Of a stretch of 64,000 nucleotides of DNA, positions 20,038-30,303 are shown piece by piece (the stretch's first letter is position 1; each line of letters opens with the position of its first letter). The notes beneath the pieces are model-generated. The model searched no databases, was not told where the DNA came from, and was given only the letters and a program-made list of their open reading frames with translations. Source of the stretch: an uncultured Planctomycetia bacterium (GTDB taxonomy: Bacteria; Omnitrophota; Gorgyraeia; Tantalellales; Tantalellaceae); contig CAZNEE010000001.1 in NCBI GenBank assembly GCA_964572255.1, forward strand, positions 331,587 through 395,586, given 5' to 3'. The translations under genes and the position numbers were made by a program.

Positions 20038-20731
20038 CCGAAAACTGACCCACAGTTTGAATTCCGCGCTTGAGGGGATCATCCATACCCTTAAAGTTGA
20101 ACGCAATATGAGGATACATTTCCTTATAGGGTTTATAGTGCTTCTTGCGGGGGTCTATCTTAAGCTTACCAATGTGGAATTCATGCTTTTGTGTATCGCG
20201 GTATTTTTTGTCCTTATTTGTGAGATGTTCAACACGGCTGTTGAACATACGGTCGACCTCATTAATGATGAATTTCATCCGTTAGCCAAGATCATAAAGG
20301 ATATAGCGGCCGGAGCGGTATTTGTCGCGTCGGTTAATGCCATAATTACCGGATATGTTCTATTGGTGCAGCGGATAGGGCCGTGGTATAGGGGAGGGTT
20401 CGATGCTATAAGGCAGTCTCCTTATCACGTAACGGCTATAGCTCTTTTGGCGGTAGTTACTTTGGTGATTGCCATAAAAGCCGTAAGGAGGGAGAAACAA
20501 CTTCTGCGGGGCGGTATGCCCAGCGGGCATTCAGCGGTTGCCTTTGCCGTGTGGGTGATGGTATCGCTTATTACGAACAACGCGCTTGTAAGTATTCTTG
20601 TGTTTTGCCTTGCGCTTTTGATCGCGAGAAGCAGGGTTGCCGAGAACATACATACGGTCTGGGAGGTAATCAGCGGAAGCTTGCTCGGCGCATTGACGAC
20701 ACTTTTAATATTCCAGTTATTGACAAGATAG
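20003..20731 (+). CDS. dgkA: Diacylglycerol/undecaprenol kinase fused to a PAP2 phosphatase domain
   Basis: ERNMRIH, EMFNTAVE, KDIAAGAV followed by GMPSGHS...SRV...HT. Confidence 0.88.
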   Translation: MDFLKRSEKTYSRKLTHSLNSALEGIIHTLKVERNMRIHFLIGFIVLLAGVYLKLTNVEFMLLCIAVFFVLICEMFNTAVEHTVDLINDEFHPLAKIIKDIAAGAVFVASVNAIITGYVLLVQRIGPWYRGGFDAIRQSPYHVTAIALLAVVTLVIAIKAVRREKQLLRGGMPSGHSAVAFAVWVMVSLITNNALVSILVFCLALLIARSRVAENIHTVWEVISGSLLGALTTLLIFQLLTR

Positions 20732-20740
20732 GGGCCGGTT

Positions 20741-21400
20741 ATGATAGGAAGGATCCGAAAAAATTTACTCGTGGGTTTTGCTAACGGCATAGTTATACTC
20801 TTGCCGATCATTATAACGATAGCTATCGTCAGATATCTTGTTATAAAAGTGAACAACGCGGTACTTGAACCGCTTTTAAAGTTATTCGCACCGATGGCGA
20901 ATATCGGAATACACGTTTTTCTCGCTAAAAGTATAATTTTTATAGGAGTTATACTTATCGTTGCCTGTATAGGTTGGGGGGCAAAGATAATCGTGGTCAA
21001 TCGGACATTCTCGTTCGGCGAACAAATACTTATCAGGGTGCCGATAATGGGAAGAATATATAACGCCATCAAGCAGATCTCGCATGCGTTTATCGGACAG
21101 GGAAAAACCATATTCAAACAGGTTGTTCTGATCGAGTATCCGCGCCGGGGCGTTTATTCGATAGGTTTCACAACGGGGGTAACCAAGGGCGAGATAAAAT
21201 CGGCTATGGATAAATATGGTATAAACGTATTTGTTCCGACTACGCCCAACCCGACAAGCGGGATATTTTTGATCGTTCCCAGGGAAGATATACATTTTCT
21301 GAAGATGAGCGTTGAAGAAGGCATGAAAATGGTTGTCTCCGGCGGGTCGGTAACACCGCCGTTCATAGAAGAAAGCACGGAAGAGAACACGGCAACCTGA
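20741..21400 (+). CDS. DUF502 family membrane protein
   Basis: LLPIIIT, IEYPR, VFVPTTPNPTSG, MSVEEGMKMVVSGG. Confidence 0.9.
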   Translation: MIGRIRKNLLVGFANGIVILLPIIITIAIVRYLVIKVNNAVLEPLLKLFAPMANIGIHVFLAKSIIFIGVILIVACIGWGAKIIVVNRTFSFGEQILIRVPIMGRIYNAIKQISHAFIGQGKTIFKQVVLIEYPRRGVYSIGFTTGVTKGEIKSAMDKYGINVFVPTTPNPTSGIFLIVPREDIHFLKMSVEEGMKMVVSGGSVTPPFIEESTEENTAT

Positions 21401-21423
21401 TGGACGGCATAAAGTAAGGGAAT

Positions 21424-22230
21424 ATGGCTGCGCTTAATGCGGAAGGAATAATATTACGGAAGCAGGAATTAAGGGAAACCAGTTTCATACTTGTTCTTTT
21501 TACGAAGGAATACGGCAAGGTACGAGGGGTCATAAAAGGAGTAAGGAATCCTTACCTCCAATTTGCCGGAGATATGGAGATCTTCACGCTTTCGCGGATC
21601 TCTTTTTACAAAAAAAGAAAAAGTACATTAGATCTTATTACGCAATGTGAAGCTATCGGTTCTTTTCCTAATATAAGGAAGGATATCGAAAGGTTGACAT
21701 GCGCCAGTTATTTTATAGAATTAATAGATAATGTAACGAGCGATTATGATGTGAACGAAGCTCTTTACAACGTGCTCTATGAAAGCCTTAGACTTTTGGA
21801 TACGGACTGCAGCGCGAAACGCGCGACCAGGATATTCGAGCTTAAGACCCTTGAAGCCATAGGGCTTGTCCCCCAGCTCAATGAATGTGTGAAATGTTCA
21901 TCGCCGGTTTCCGGAGACCGCCAGAAGCAGTATAAATTCGGCATTTCTTCGGGAGGGATCTTATGTGCCGATTGTCTCGAAGGGCAAGTGGGGGCAATTT
22001 CCATATCCAGAGGCGCGATCAATTTTATGAGCAAGATACTTCAAAGCCCTTTTGAAAAATTAGCTCAAATTAAAGTATCAAAAGAAGTAGGCGGCGAAAT
22101 AGAAGAAGTGCTTGAGGGATTCATACGGTTCCATATTACGAGGACCATCAAGTCGCTTAAGTTCCTCAAGGAGATAGAGAGCATAAAGGCAAAAAGCATA
22201 GGGAAGAAAAAGGTAAGGATGCATGGCTGA
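21424..22230 (+). CDS. recO: DNA repair protein RecO
   Basis: N-terminal OB fold (GIILR..E...FTKEYGK), CVKC...CADC Zn finger. Confidence 0.93.
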   Translation: MAALNAEGIILRKQELRETSFILVLFTKEYGKVRGVIKGVRNPYLQFAGDMEIFTLSRISFYKKRKSTLDLITQCEAIGSFPNIRKDIERLTCASYFIELIDNVTSDYDVNEALYNVLYESLRLLDTDCSAKRATRIFELKTLEAIGLVPQLNECVKCSSPVSGDRQKQYKFGISSGGILCADCLEGQVGAISISRGAINFMSKILQSPFEKLAQIKVSKEVGGEIEEVLEGFIRFHITRTIKSLKFLKEIESIKAKSIGKKKVRMHG

Positions 22231-23545
22231 AGACAGGAAAACAAATAACGTAGAGCTGAAAGATATCGCGAACCTTTGCAAAAGGCGAGGGTTCATATTC
22301 CAAAGCAGTGAGATCTACGGCGGTATAGGCAGTGTTTGGGATTACGGGCCGCTGGGCGTCGAACTGAAGAACAATGTAAAGGGACAGTGGTGGAAAAGCA
22401 TGGTCTATGACCGCAATGATATCGAAGGATTGGATGCCGCGATACTCATGAACCCCGAGGTCTGGAAAGCATCCGGCCATGTAACGTCTTTTGCGGATCT
22501 CTTGGTGGATTGCAAGGAGTGTAAAAAACGCTTTCGTGTGGATAAGATAAAAGGCAGATCATGTCCTGAATGCGGAGGGGAGCTTACCGAACCGAAAAGT
22601 TTTAACCTTATGTTCAAAACGCAGGTAGGTTCTGTTGAAGGAAGCGCCATAGATGTGTACATGAGGCCCGAGACCGCGCAAGGCATTTTCGTCAATTTTG
22701 AGAACGTGCTTAACTCATCGAGACGTAAACTTCCCTTTGGTATAGCGCAGATAGGTAAAGCTTTCCGCAACGAGATCACGACAGGCAATTTTACTTTCCG
22801 TAGCCGTGAGTTCGAACAGATGGAACTTGAGTTTTTCGTAAAACCCGATGAAGCTGACAAGTGGTACGAGTTCTGGGTGAACGAAAGATTGAACTGGTAC
22901 ACATCGCTCGGCATAAGAAAAGAAAACTTGAGGTTACGTGAACACGAAAAGGATGAACTTGCTCATTATGCCAAAAGATGCCACGATGTGGAGTTCTCCT
23001 TTCCGATGGGATGGTCTGAGCTTGAAGGTATAGCCAACAGGGGCGATTTCGATCTCAAACAGCATTCATCGCTGAGCGGCAGGGACCTTGTATATTTTGA
23101 TGACGCGCAGGAGAAAAGTTACATGCCATATGTTATCGAACCTTCAGGAGGCGTTGACAGAGCGGTACTTGCATTTTTAGTAGATGCGTACAGATCCGAA
23201 ACTGTCAGGGACCGCAAGAGAATTTATTTGTCCATAGATAATCGCCTTGCGCCGATAAAGGTCGCGGTGCTTCCGCTTCTTAAGAACCGGCCTGAGATAG
23301 TCGAAATGGCTCATAAGATAAGAGATGATCTTAAGGGAAATTACCGCGTAGTTTATGATGATACAGCCGCGATCGGCCGTTTATACCGCCGGCAGGATGA
23401 GATAGGTACGCCGTATTGTCTGACAGTGGATGTAGATTCTCTGTCCGATGGCAAGGTCACTATACGCGAACGCGACAGCATGGATCAGGATAGAGTGGAT
23501 GTATCCAAAGTTAAAGAAATATTAAGAGAAAGACTAGCATTATGA
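22223..23545 (+). CDS. glyQS: Glycine--tRNA ligase (alpha2 homodimer type)
   Basis: SSEIYGG, YGPLG, RPETAQG, FRNEIT, REFEQME, IEPSGG, YRRQDEIGTP. Confidence 0.97.
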   Translation: MAEDRKTNNVELKDIANLCKRRGFIFQSSEIYGGIGSVWDYGPLGVELKNNVKGQWWKSMVYDRNDIEGLDAAILMNPEVWKASGHVTSFADLLVDCKECKKRFRVDKIKGRSCPECGGELTEPKSFNLMFKTQVGSVEGSAIDVYMRPETAQGIFVNFENVLNSSRRKLPFGIAQIGKAFRNEITTGNFTFRSREFEQMELEFFVKPDEADKWYEFWVNERLNWYTSLGIRKENLRLREHEKDELAHYAKRCHDVEFSFPMGWSELEGIANRGDFDLKQHSSLSGRDLVYFDDAQEKSYMPYVIEPSGGVDRAVLAFLVDAYRSETVRDRKRIYLSIDNRLAPIKVAVLPLLKNRPEIVEMAHKIRDDLKGNYRVVYDDTAAIGRLYRRQDEIGTPYCLTVDVDSLSDGKVTIRERDSMDQDRVDVSKVKEILRERLAL

Positions 23546-23576
23546 AAATGAAACATAAAAGGAGGAAGGAAAAGAA

Positions 23577-26345
23577 ATGGCAAAGGTAAAAGCGAAAAAG
23601 TCAACTAAAGGGAAAAAGCTTAAGAAAAAATACGTATATTCCTTCGGCGGTGGAAAAGCCGACGGCAACGGCAGCATGAAGAATCTGCTCGGGGGCAAAG
23701 GTGCGAACCTTGCTGAAATGGCGGGTCATCCGAAGTTAAAGTTACCCGTTCCGCCGGGGTTCACACTTACAACTGAAATATGTACATATTATTACGACCA
23801 TGGAAGGAAGTATCCTCAAGGGTTGAAGGAAGAGGTTGAAAAGGCTTTAAAGAAAGTCGAGAACATAATGGGCAAAAAATTCGGCGATCCCAGGGATCCG
23901 CTTCTTGTCTCAGTCCGTTCGGGTGCAAGACAATCCATGCCCGGCATGATGGAAACAGTGCTTAACGTCGGACTTACGACAAAAACAATAGACGGGCTTA
24001 TAAAACAATCCGGTAATGAAAGGTTCGCTTACGATGCTTACAGGCGCCTGGTAACCATGTATTCCGATGTTGTTATGGAAAAAGCCGCCGGTATAGAGCC
24101 TAAAGAAGGAAAAGGCATACGTGTTCAGCTCGAGAAACTTCTCCATAAGAAAAAGAAAGAAAGAGGAGCTAAGCAGGATACCGATCTTAATGCGAAGGAC
24201 CTTAAGGATCTGTGCGAACAGTACAAGAAGAAAGTCAAAGAAGTGCTCGGTAAAAATTTTCCTGACAATGCCATGGAACAATTGTGGGGCGGTATAGGCG
24301 CGGTATTCCAGTCATGGAACGGCAAAAGGGCTGTTTCATATCGACGCATTGAAAATATCCCCGGGGAATGGGGAACCGCTGTAAATGTGCAGACAATGGT
24401 ATTTGGAAATATGGGCGAAAGTTCTTCTACCGGAGTTGCTTTTACGCGTAACCCGGGTAACGGCGATAACAAGTTCTACGGCGAATATCTTGTCAACGCT
24501 CAGGGGGAAGACGTTGTTGCGGGCATCAGGACACCTGCCCCTATAAATAAGAATTCGCAGAGTGATCACAATAAAGACCTTATTATGCTTAGCGATTATA
24601 TGCCGAAGGCATATAAACAGCTTGATACCATTCAGAAAAAATTGGAGAAACATTATCGTGACATGCAGGACCTTGAGTTTACCATTGAGAACGGCAGATT
24701 CTTTATCCTTCAGACACGCGTGGGTAAACGCAACGGTCCGGCCGCGGTAAAAATGGCAGTGGATATGGTGAAAGAAGGGCTCATCACGAAAAAAGAAGCC
24801 GTAATGAGAGTGAAACCCCAGCAGCTTGATGAACTTCTGCACCCCATTATTGACCCTGCCTCGGAAAAAACCACTAAACCCTTGACCAAAGGATTACCCG
24901 CGGGTCCGGGCGGAGCGAACGGCATGATCGTACTCGATGCTGACACTGCTGTTGAATGGACCAAAAAAGGCAAGAGGGTCATACTTGTCCGCGAAGAGAC
25001 CAATCCGGAAGATGTTGAGGGAATGAGAGCCGCACAGGCTATTCTTACCGCGCGCGGCGGCATGACTTCACACGCTGCGCTTGTCGCGCGCGGGTGGGGC
25101 AAGTGCTGTATAGTAGGAGCAGGCGACCTCGATATCAATTACGGGAAGAGAACGGTGAAAGCCGGGGATGCTTTGCTGAAAGAGGGGGACCATATCACCC
25201 TTAACGGTACCAAGGGATTGGTTTACAAAGGTGTATTGCCCATGATGGATGCTTCCAAGGAGAACGCTATCCTGAACAGTTACCTGAAGATATGTGATAG
25301 CGTAAGAAAGCTCGGAATACGCACCAATGCCGATACGCCGGAAGACGCCAGGAGGGCGCGCGATTTTGGAGCTGAAGGTATAGGACTGTTCCGTATCGAA
25401 CACATGTTTTACGGTGAAGGTTCCGAAGAGCCGCTTTTCAAGCTTCGCAAGATGATCCTTTCGGATACTCAAGAGGGAAGAAAAAAAGCTCTCAAGGAAT
25501 TGTATCCTTATATGAAGAAGGATATAAAAGGAACGCTTAAAGCCATGTCCCCGTATCCGGTTACGATACGGCTTATGGACCCGCCGTTACATGAATTCGT
25601 TCCTCACCAGAAAGAGCAGCTGAAACAACTGGCAAAAAGCCTCGGAAAAGATATGGAGAGTATAGAAAAACGGATATCGGTATTAAGGGAATCTAACCCC
25701 ATGATGGGACATCGGGGCGTAAGGCTTGGGGTTACATATCCTGAGATCACCGAAACGCAGGCAAGGGCGATCCTCGAATCAGCCGCCGAACTTATTAAAG
25801 AGAAGAAGGAAGTGTCTCCGGAGATCATGATACCGGTTGTCGGGGCTGAGACTGAAATAACCGATCAGAAGGCCATCATTGATCGTGTTTATAAAGAGGT
25901 CAAAGATAAGTATAAGCTTAAGAAACTGCCTCTCATGGTCGGCACGATGATCGAAATACCGCGCGCGGCGCTTACTGCGAATGAGATAGCCGAAGAAGCG
26001 GAATTCTTCTCGTTCGGGACTAACGATCTTACCCAGATGGGTTTTGGTTTTTCGCGTGATGACATGGGCGCGTTCCTTGTCCCGTATCTCGATAAACACA
26101 TCCTGCCCAGCGATCCTTTCCAGACGATCGATCAGGGCGGCATAGGACAGCTTATCAAGATCGGCATTGAAAGGGGAAGAAAGACCAGGCCTAAACTTAA
26201 AGTGGGTATTTGCGGCGAGCATGGCGGCGATCCTAAATCCATAGAATTCTGCTACAAGGCCGGCATGGATTACGTGAGCTGTTCACCGTTCCGCGTGCCG
26301 ATAGCGAGACTCGCGTCAGCACAGGCGGCTATTACAAATTGTTGA
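23577..26345 (+). CDS. ppdK: Pyruvate, phosphate dikinase
   Basis: LGGKGANL, SVRSGA, GGMTSHAA (phospho-His), FSFGTNDL, CGEHGG; Lys-rich N-terminal extension. Confidence 0.98.
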   Translation: MAKVKAKKSTKGKKLKKKYVYSFGGGKADGNGSMKNLLGGKGANLAEMAGHPKLKLPVPPGFTLTTEICTYYYDHGRKYPQGLKEEVEKALKKVENIMGKKFGDPRDPLLVSVRSGARQSMPGMMETVLNVGLTTKTIDGLIKQSGNERFAYDAYRRLVTMYSDVVMEKAAGIEPKEGKGIRVQLEKLLHKKKKERGAKQDTDLNAKDLKDLCEQYKKKVKEVLGKNFPDNAMEQLWGGIGAVFQSWNGKRAVSYRRIENIPGEWGTAVNVQTMVFGNMGESSSTGVAFTRNPGNGDNKFYGEYLVNAQGEDVVAGIRTPAPINKNSQSDHNKDLIMLSDYMPKAYKQLDTIQKKLEKHYRDMQDLEFTIENGRFFILQTRVGKRNGPAAVKMAVDMVKEGLITKKEAVMRVKPQQLDELLHPIIDPASEKTTKPLTKGLPAGPGGANGMIVLDADTAVEWTKKGKRVILVREETNPEDVEGMRAAQAILTARGGMTSHAALVARGWGKCCIVGAGDLDINYGKRTVKAGDALLKEGDHITLNGTKGLVYKGVLPMMDASKENAILNSYLKICDSVRKLGIRTNADTPEDARRARDFGAEGIGLFRIEHMFYGEGSEEPLFKLRKMILSDTQEGRKKALKELYPYMKKDIKGTLKAMSPYPVTIRLMDPPLHEFVPHQKEQLKQLAKSLGKDMESIEKRISVLRESNPMMGHRGVRLGVTYPEITETQARAILESAAELIKEKKEVSPEIMIPVVGAETEITDQKAIIDRVYKEVKDKYKLKKLPLMVGTMIEIPRAALTANEIAEEAEFFSFGTNDLTQMGFGFSRDDMGAFLVPYLDKHILPSDPFQTIDQGGIGQLIKIGIERGRKTRPKLKVGICGEHGGDPKSIEFCYKAGMDYVSCSPFRVPIARLASAQAAITNC

Positions 26346-26421
26346 CCCGTTTAAACTAAAGGGCTGTTCCGGGCCGGACAAGGACGGTCCGGAACAGAGA
26401 CTAAAAAAGGTAAAATAAATT

Positions 26422-27288
26422 ATGGATGCGATAAGATTATACTTGAAAGACATACGGAACCTTCCTCTTCTTACCCCTGAGTCCGAACGCGATCTTGCGC
26501 GCAAGATAAAAAAAGGCAACAAGAAAGCGCGTCAGCAGATGATCAAGGGCAATCTTCGTCTTGTCATTAATATCGCTAAAAAGTACAGTTATCTGGGCGT
26601 GCCCATGCTTGATCTTATAGAGGAAGGGAATCTGGGGCTCATGAAGGCTGTCAGCAAATACGATCCGGAAAAAGGATACCGTTTCAGCACTTACGCCGCG
26701 TGGTGGATCAAACAGTACATCACACGGGCTGTGGCTAACCAGAGCAAAACCGTCAGGATCCCTGTTTATGTCATGGAGATGCTGATGCGCTTCCAGAAGA
26801 TCAAGAAAGCCTTGATGCAGAAAAAAAAGAAAAATCCGCAGGTCGCTGAGATCGCCAAGAAAATGAAACTGCCTATTGCGCGCGTGAAACAGCTCGACAG
26901 GATGGAATCAAGCATAACCAGCCTCAATGCGCCTATAGGCGAATCCGGCGAATCCGAGTTTATGGACCTTATCGAGGATGAGAGCATTGTCAATGCCGTG
27001 GATGAACTCAGCAGTTTCCTCCTGCAGGAAAGGATCCAGAAACTTCTTTCCAAGATGACAGATCGCGAAAAAAGGATACTGGAACTCAGGTTCGGTCTGG
27101 GGGAGGACGGAATGACGCATACGTTGCGGGAAACAGCGACGCATTTCGGGATCACGCGCGAACGCGTGAGGCAGATCGAAGCGGCATGCATGCAGAAACT
27201 GCGCAAAATGATGGAAGAGCAGGAAAAAGAAGCCGAGGCGGCTTTCACCAAGAAAAAGAAAAAGAAAAAACAAGCGAAGAAACGCTGA
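26422..27288 (+). CDS. RNA polymerase sigma70 factor, RpoD/RpoS-like, lacking region 1.1
   Basis: YLKDI..PLLT, NLRLV, DLIEEGNLGL, FSTYAAWWI, RIPV, TRERVRQIE; poly-Lys C-terminal tail. Confidence 0.93.
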   Translation: MDAIRLYLKDIRNLPLLTPESERDLARKIKKGNKKARQQMIKGNLRLVINIAKKYSYLGVPMLDLIEEGNLGLMKAVSKYDPEKGYRFSTYAAWWIKQYITRAVANQSKTVRIPVYVMEMLMRFQKIKKALMQKKKKNPQVAEIAKKMKLPIARVKQLDRMESSITSLNAPIGESGESEFMDLIEDESIVNAVDELSSFLLQERIQKLLSKMTDREKRILELRFGLGEDGMTHTLRETATHFGITRERVRQIEAACMQKLRKMMEEQEKEAEAAFTKKKKKKKQAKKR

Positions 27289-27340
27289 AAAAAAGCACAA
27301 GTCACACAGTACAAGTCACCGCGAAACTTTCAAAACCCAA

Positions 27341-27417
<77 letters not shown>

Positions 27418-27487
27418 CCTTTGATATGCAAGTTGCATTTTTATTGTTATATTGGTATACTTTTTCAAGATTAAAGGAGGTAGGAAG

Positions 27488-27664
27488 ATGGGCAATTTAT
27501 TGATCCTTATAGGCATTTTGATCTCTATCTATTCAGTTATAGCGAGGCTGACGATCGGAAGGATCGTTGACTTGAGCATAGTGAAGATACAAACTTTGTC
27601 GGTTCTGGTTTCCGCCAATACTATCATACTTATCGGTATTGCGGTCAAATTATGGGGGATGTAA
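27488..27664 (+). CDS. Small two-TM hypothetical membrane protein
   Basis: SD AAGGAGGT before ATG 27488; two hydrophobic helices. Confidence 0.7.
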   Translation: MGNLLILIGILISIYSVIARLTIGRIVDLSIVKIQTLSVLVSANTIILIGIAVKLWGM

Positions 27665-27696
27665 CAGTTTCTTGCTCATAGGCGCGCGTCACTAAC

Positions 27697-28668
27697 ATGA
27701 GGAAAAGCATGAAGGAGAATGAAAGGATCGAGGACCTGGAGTTCAAGCACAGCAAGTTCAGGCTGGTGCTGCTGTTCCTTGTGATCCTGGTCATAATCTT
27801 GAGGATACTTGATATTGTTTTATATCCGGATGCCGAGATCATACCCACTGATATAATATTCGTCGTGGCGATACTTCAGCTTTTCGGTTTCTGGTATGAT
27901 TCCGTAAACGAAAAGAACCGCATCCTTTGGCTGCAGAAGAAGAAAGAAACGCTGGACGAGATGAAGAATAAGTTCACGATCATGACTTCTCACGAGCTCA
28001 TGACGCCTATAACCGTGATCAAGACGTATATAGGCATGATGACAAATAAGTTATTGGGGGATCTGACCGAAAAACAGCAGGAAGCTTTGGATGTAATGAA
28101 TAAATATTTTGCAAGGCTGGAGATGATACATGATAACCTTACAAAATTATATTCGGGCAATCCGCCTTCTTTCGAAGAGAACCTCAAGCCGTATTCCGCT
28201 GAAAAACTCATAAAGACCACAGCGGACGATATCATGCCGTTCATCAAAAGAAGGAACCAGAATCTTTCGGTTGAGATAGATCATAAGATCCCGGAAGTTG
28301 TAATGGACCCGAACGGCATCAGGCAGGTCATGGTGAACTTATTATTGAATTCCATAAGGTTCACCCCGGATAACGGCAATATCATAATAAGGGCAAAAGA
28401 TAATAAAAGTAATGTACGTGTTGAAGTTGAAGATAACGGTATAGGCATACCGAAAGATAAATTAACGCATATATTCGAAAGTTTTTATGAGGTTCAGGAT
28501 ACAGCTGAGGCGCATTCATCGGGCAGTATAGGATTCAAGTCGGGAGGAATAGGCTTAGGGCTTACGATCACCAAGAACATAATAGATTTTCATAAAGGCA
28601 ATATCTGGGCGGAATCGGAAGAGGGAAAATTTTCCCGGTTCATTTTTACATTACCGAAAGAAAGATAA
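27697..28668 (+). CDS. Membrane sensor histidine kinase (HisKA + HATPase_c), orphan in this window
   Basis: 2 TM, SHELMTP, NLLLNSIRFT, DNGIGI, GLGL, F box. Confidence 0.92.
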   Translation: MRKSMKENERIEDLEFKHSKFRLVLLFLVILVIILRILDIVLYPDAEIIPTDIIFVVAILQLFGFWYDSVNEKNRILWLQKKKETLDEMKNKFTIMTSHELMTPITVIKTYIGMMTNKLLGDLTEKQQEALDVMNKYFARLEMIHDNLTKLYSGNPPSFEENLKPYSAEKLIKTTADDIMPFIKRRNQNLSVEIDHKIPEVVMDPNGIRQVMVNLLLNSIRFTPDNGNIIIRAKDNKSNVRVEVEDNGIGIPKDKLTHIFESFYEVQDTAEAHSSGSIGFKSGGIGLGLTITKNIIDFHKGNIWAESEEGKFSRFIFTLPKER

Positions 28669-28712
28669 AAGACCTCCGGCAGTTTCAGCGTGTAAAGAGG
28701 GAAATTCTAGAG

Positions 28713-29198
28713 ATGAGAACATTCGATCTGGGCGCATTTATATTGTGTGCGATCTATGGAGGTGTACTTGTTTTTTTGATCTCCTTCCTTTTTAATATAA
28801 AGAACATCTTCGGCAACAGCAAGGTCCTGAGATATCTGGCAGGTCATCCTGAATACAAAGATATAGAATTATTGGAAGGGATCATTGAGGTAAGGGACGA
28901 AAGAGTAGATTTTAAGGAACCAGAGGGAAGTAAGATCTATTTTTCGATCCCCATTGATCGGATAAAAGACGTATCTGCGGGCAGTGAAAACTCCGGCTAT
29001 CAGGAAAGTATTTTTAATAAGTTCTTTAATATTCTTTCGGAAGATCAACTTCTATGCATTAAACTCCGCCATGAAAATAGCGAGCATACATTACAGTTCT
29101 CAGCTCATAAAGCTTCTTCGGTAAATGATGACATAAAGAAGGAGATATTGGATGCAAAATCCCGGACAAATCAAAAGAATGCCAGTGCGAGAGCCTAA
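28713..29198 (+). CDS. Hypothetical membrane-anchored protein
   Basis: N-terminal TM followed by a beta-rich soluble domain; co-oriented with neighbours. Confidence 0.7.
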   Translation: MRTFDLGAFILCAIYGGVLVFLISFLFNIKNIFGNSKVLRYLAGHPEYKDIELLEGIIEVRDERVDFKEPEGSKIYFSIPIDRIKDVSAGSENSGYQESIFNKFFNILSEDQLLCIKLRHENSEHTLQFSAHKASSVNDDIKKEILDAKSRTNQKNASARA

Positions 29199-29209
29199 GG
29201 GGGGAGCAT

Positions 29210-29536
29210 ATGCCGGATGAAAGAAGCCAACCGTTAGATCCTGAAAATGTAAATCTTGCTTTTGACGAAAATCCCGAGATAAGGGACGGCGAAAGGCTGC
29301 CGATACAACCGCCTTTAAAAGTGCTTCGCTACAGGACCATAAAAAAGAGTACAGGGTTTGGATGGTGGTCTGTTGTAGCCCTGGTCGAGGACCACGGAGA
29401 TAAGCAGATCTGTTTCTATCGCTGGCGGAAAAAAGCCAAAGAGTGGAAAAGAGACAAAAAACTCGCTTTCAAAAGTTACACGGAATGGTCTACGTTCAAG
29501 GAAGCAATAGAGTATTTCCTGGAAGATATGGGTTAA
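29210..29536 (+). CDS. Hypothetical protein, possibly PC4-like fold
   Basis: SD GGGGAG; aromatic/basic beta strands then a C-terminal helix. Confidence 0.7.
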   Translation: MPDERSQPLDPENVNLAFDENPEIRDGERLPIQPPLKVLRYRTIKKSTGFGWWSVVALVEDHGDKQICFYRWRKKAKEWKRDKKLAFKSYTEWSTFKEAIEYFLEDMG

Positions 29537-29543
29537 AAACTTT

Positions 29544-29723
29544 TCAGGGTACTATCCCGTATTTTTGCACTTCTATGGTCTTGAGGGTCTTATCCATTTC
29601 GGTGAAAAATACAAAATAGATAATTCCCAAAATAATAATTACTACGGCTATCAAAAGTATTGAGAATTCTATCATCGTCAATTCTCTGAAGAAGGATCCT
29701 TTTTTCTTATTATTTTCTTCCAT
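29544..29723 (-). CDS. Small single-TM hypothetical protein
   Basis: SD GAGG before ATG; basic N-terminus then a hydrophobic helix. Confidence 0.55.
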   Translation of the reverse strand: MEENNKKKGSFFRELTMIEFSILLIAVVIIILGIIYFVFFTEMDKTLKTIEVQKYGIVP

Positions 29724-29794
29724 TTTTCCTCTTAAAAAGTATAGCATACGCCCGCGTATATACAAAAAATATGTTATTTTCAGCTGTTATTTAC

Positions 29795-29823
29795 TTGACA
29801 AAACAGGGCAAAAATGTTAAAAT
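29795..29823 (+). promoter_or_regulatory. Putative sigma70 promoter
   Basis: TTGACA-17 bp-TAAAAT with TG extended -10. Confidence 0.65.
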
Positions 29824-29847
29824 AATAAAAATCTAGGTTAGGGCAAA

Positions 29848-30171
29848 ATGAGAAAGATCACGATAGTCACCATAGTGTTTTTATTTCTATTAATGCTCAT
29901 CCCGCACTTGAAAGCGGATGATATGATCCCCAATGCCGGATTAATTTCCGATTTTACAAAGAGTGACCATCCCTCATGTATAACTGGTAATAAGCTTTGT
30001 TTTTCTAAAGAAAACGTCAAAGCCGAAATGGAGGAAGCCTCCCGGAATGAGGTCGATGACGAACTTTACAACCTGGCGGAGATCGTGTTCGAAAAGGCGA
30101 AAGGAGAAACTCTCACGCCTCTTGCGATGGACAAGGCCGAATTTGAAAATGAAGGCGATCTGTATCTTTAA
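29848..30171 (+). CDS. Hypothetical secreted protein
   Basis: Sec signal peptide (..HLKA|DD); acidic mature part; promoter directly upstream. Confidence 0.7.
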   Translation: MRKITIVTIVFLFLLMLIPHLKADDMIPNAGLISDFTKSDHPSCITGNKLCFSKENVKAEMEEASRNEVDDELYNLAEIVFEKAKGETLTPLAMDKAEFENEGDLYL

Positions 30172-30303
30172 TTAAAAACGGAATTCCATTTCTATAATTT
30201 TCCTTACACTTGCTTATTTTTCATCCTCTAATTTAATTTTCTTGAAATCCTGCGTGATCGACGCTATTATAAATGTCAGTTTCTTCTTAAAAAAGGGGCC
30301 CGT

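Noticed and set aside
26364-26397. Terminator after ppdK
   Set aside because: Good 13-bp stem but no U-tract on either strand; left as an unassigned hairpin
27294-27320. Short heptamer-like repeats (CACAAGT CACACAG TACAAGT CAC) before the tRNA
   Set aside because: Only about three degenerate units; too short to call
29544-29723. Type IV/Flp pilin (LTMIEF followed by a hydrophobic helix)
   Set aside because: Lacks the Gly at -1 required for prepilin peptidase cleavage, and no pilus genes nearby
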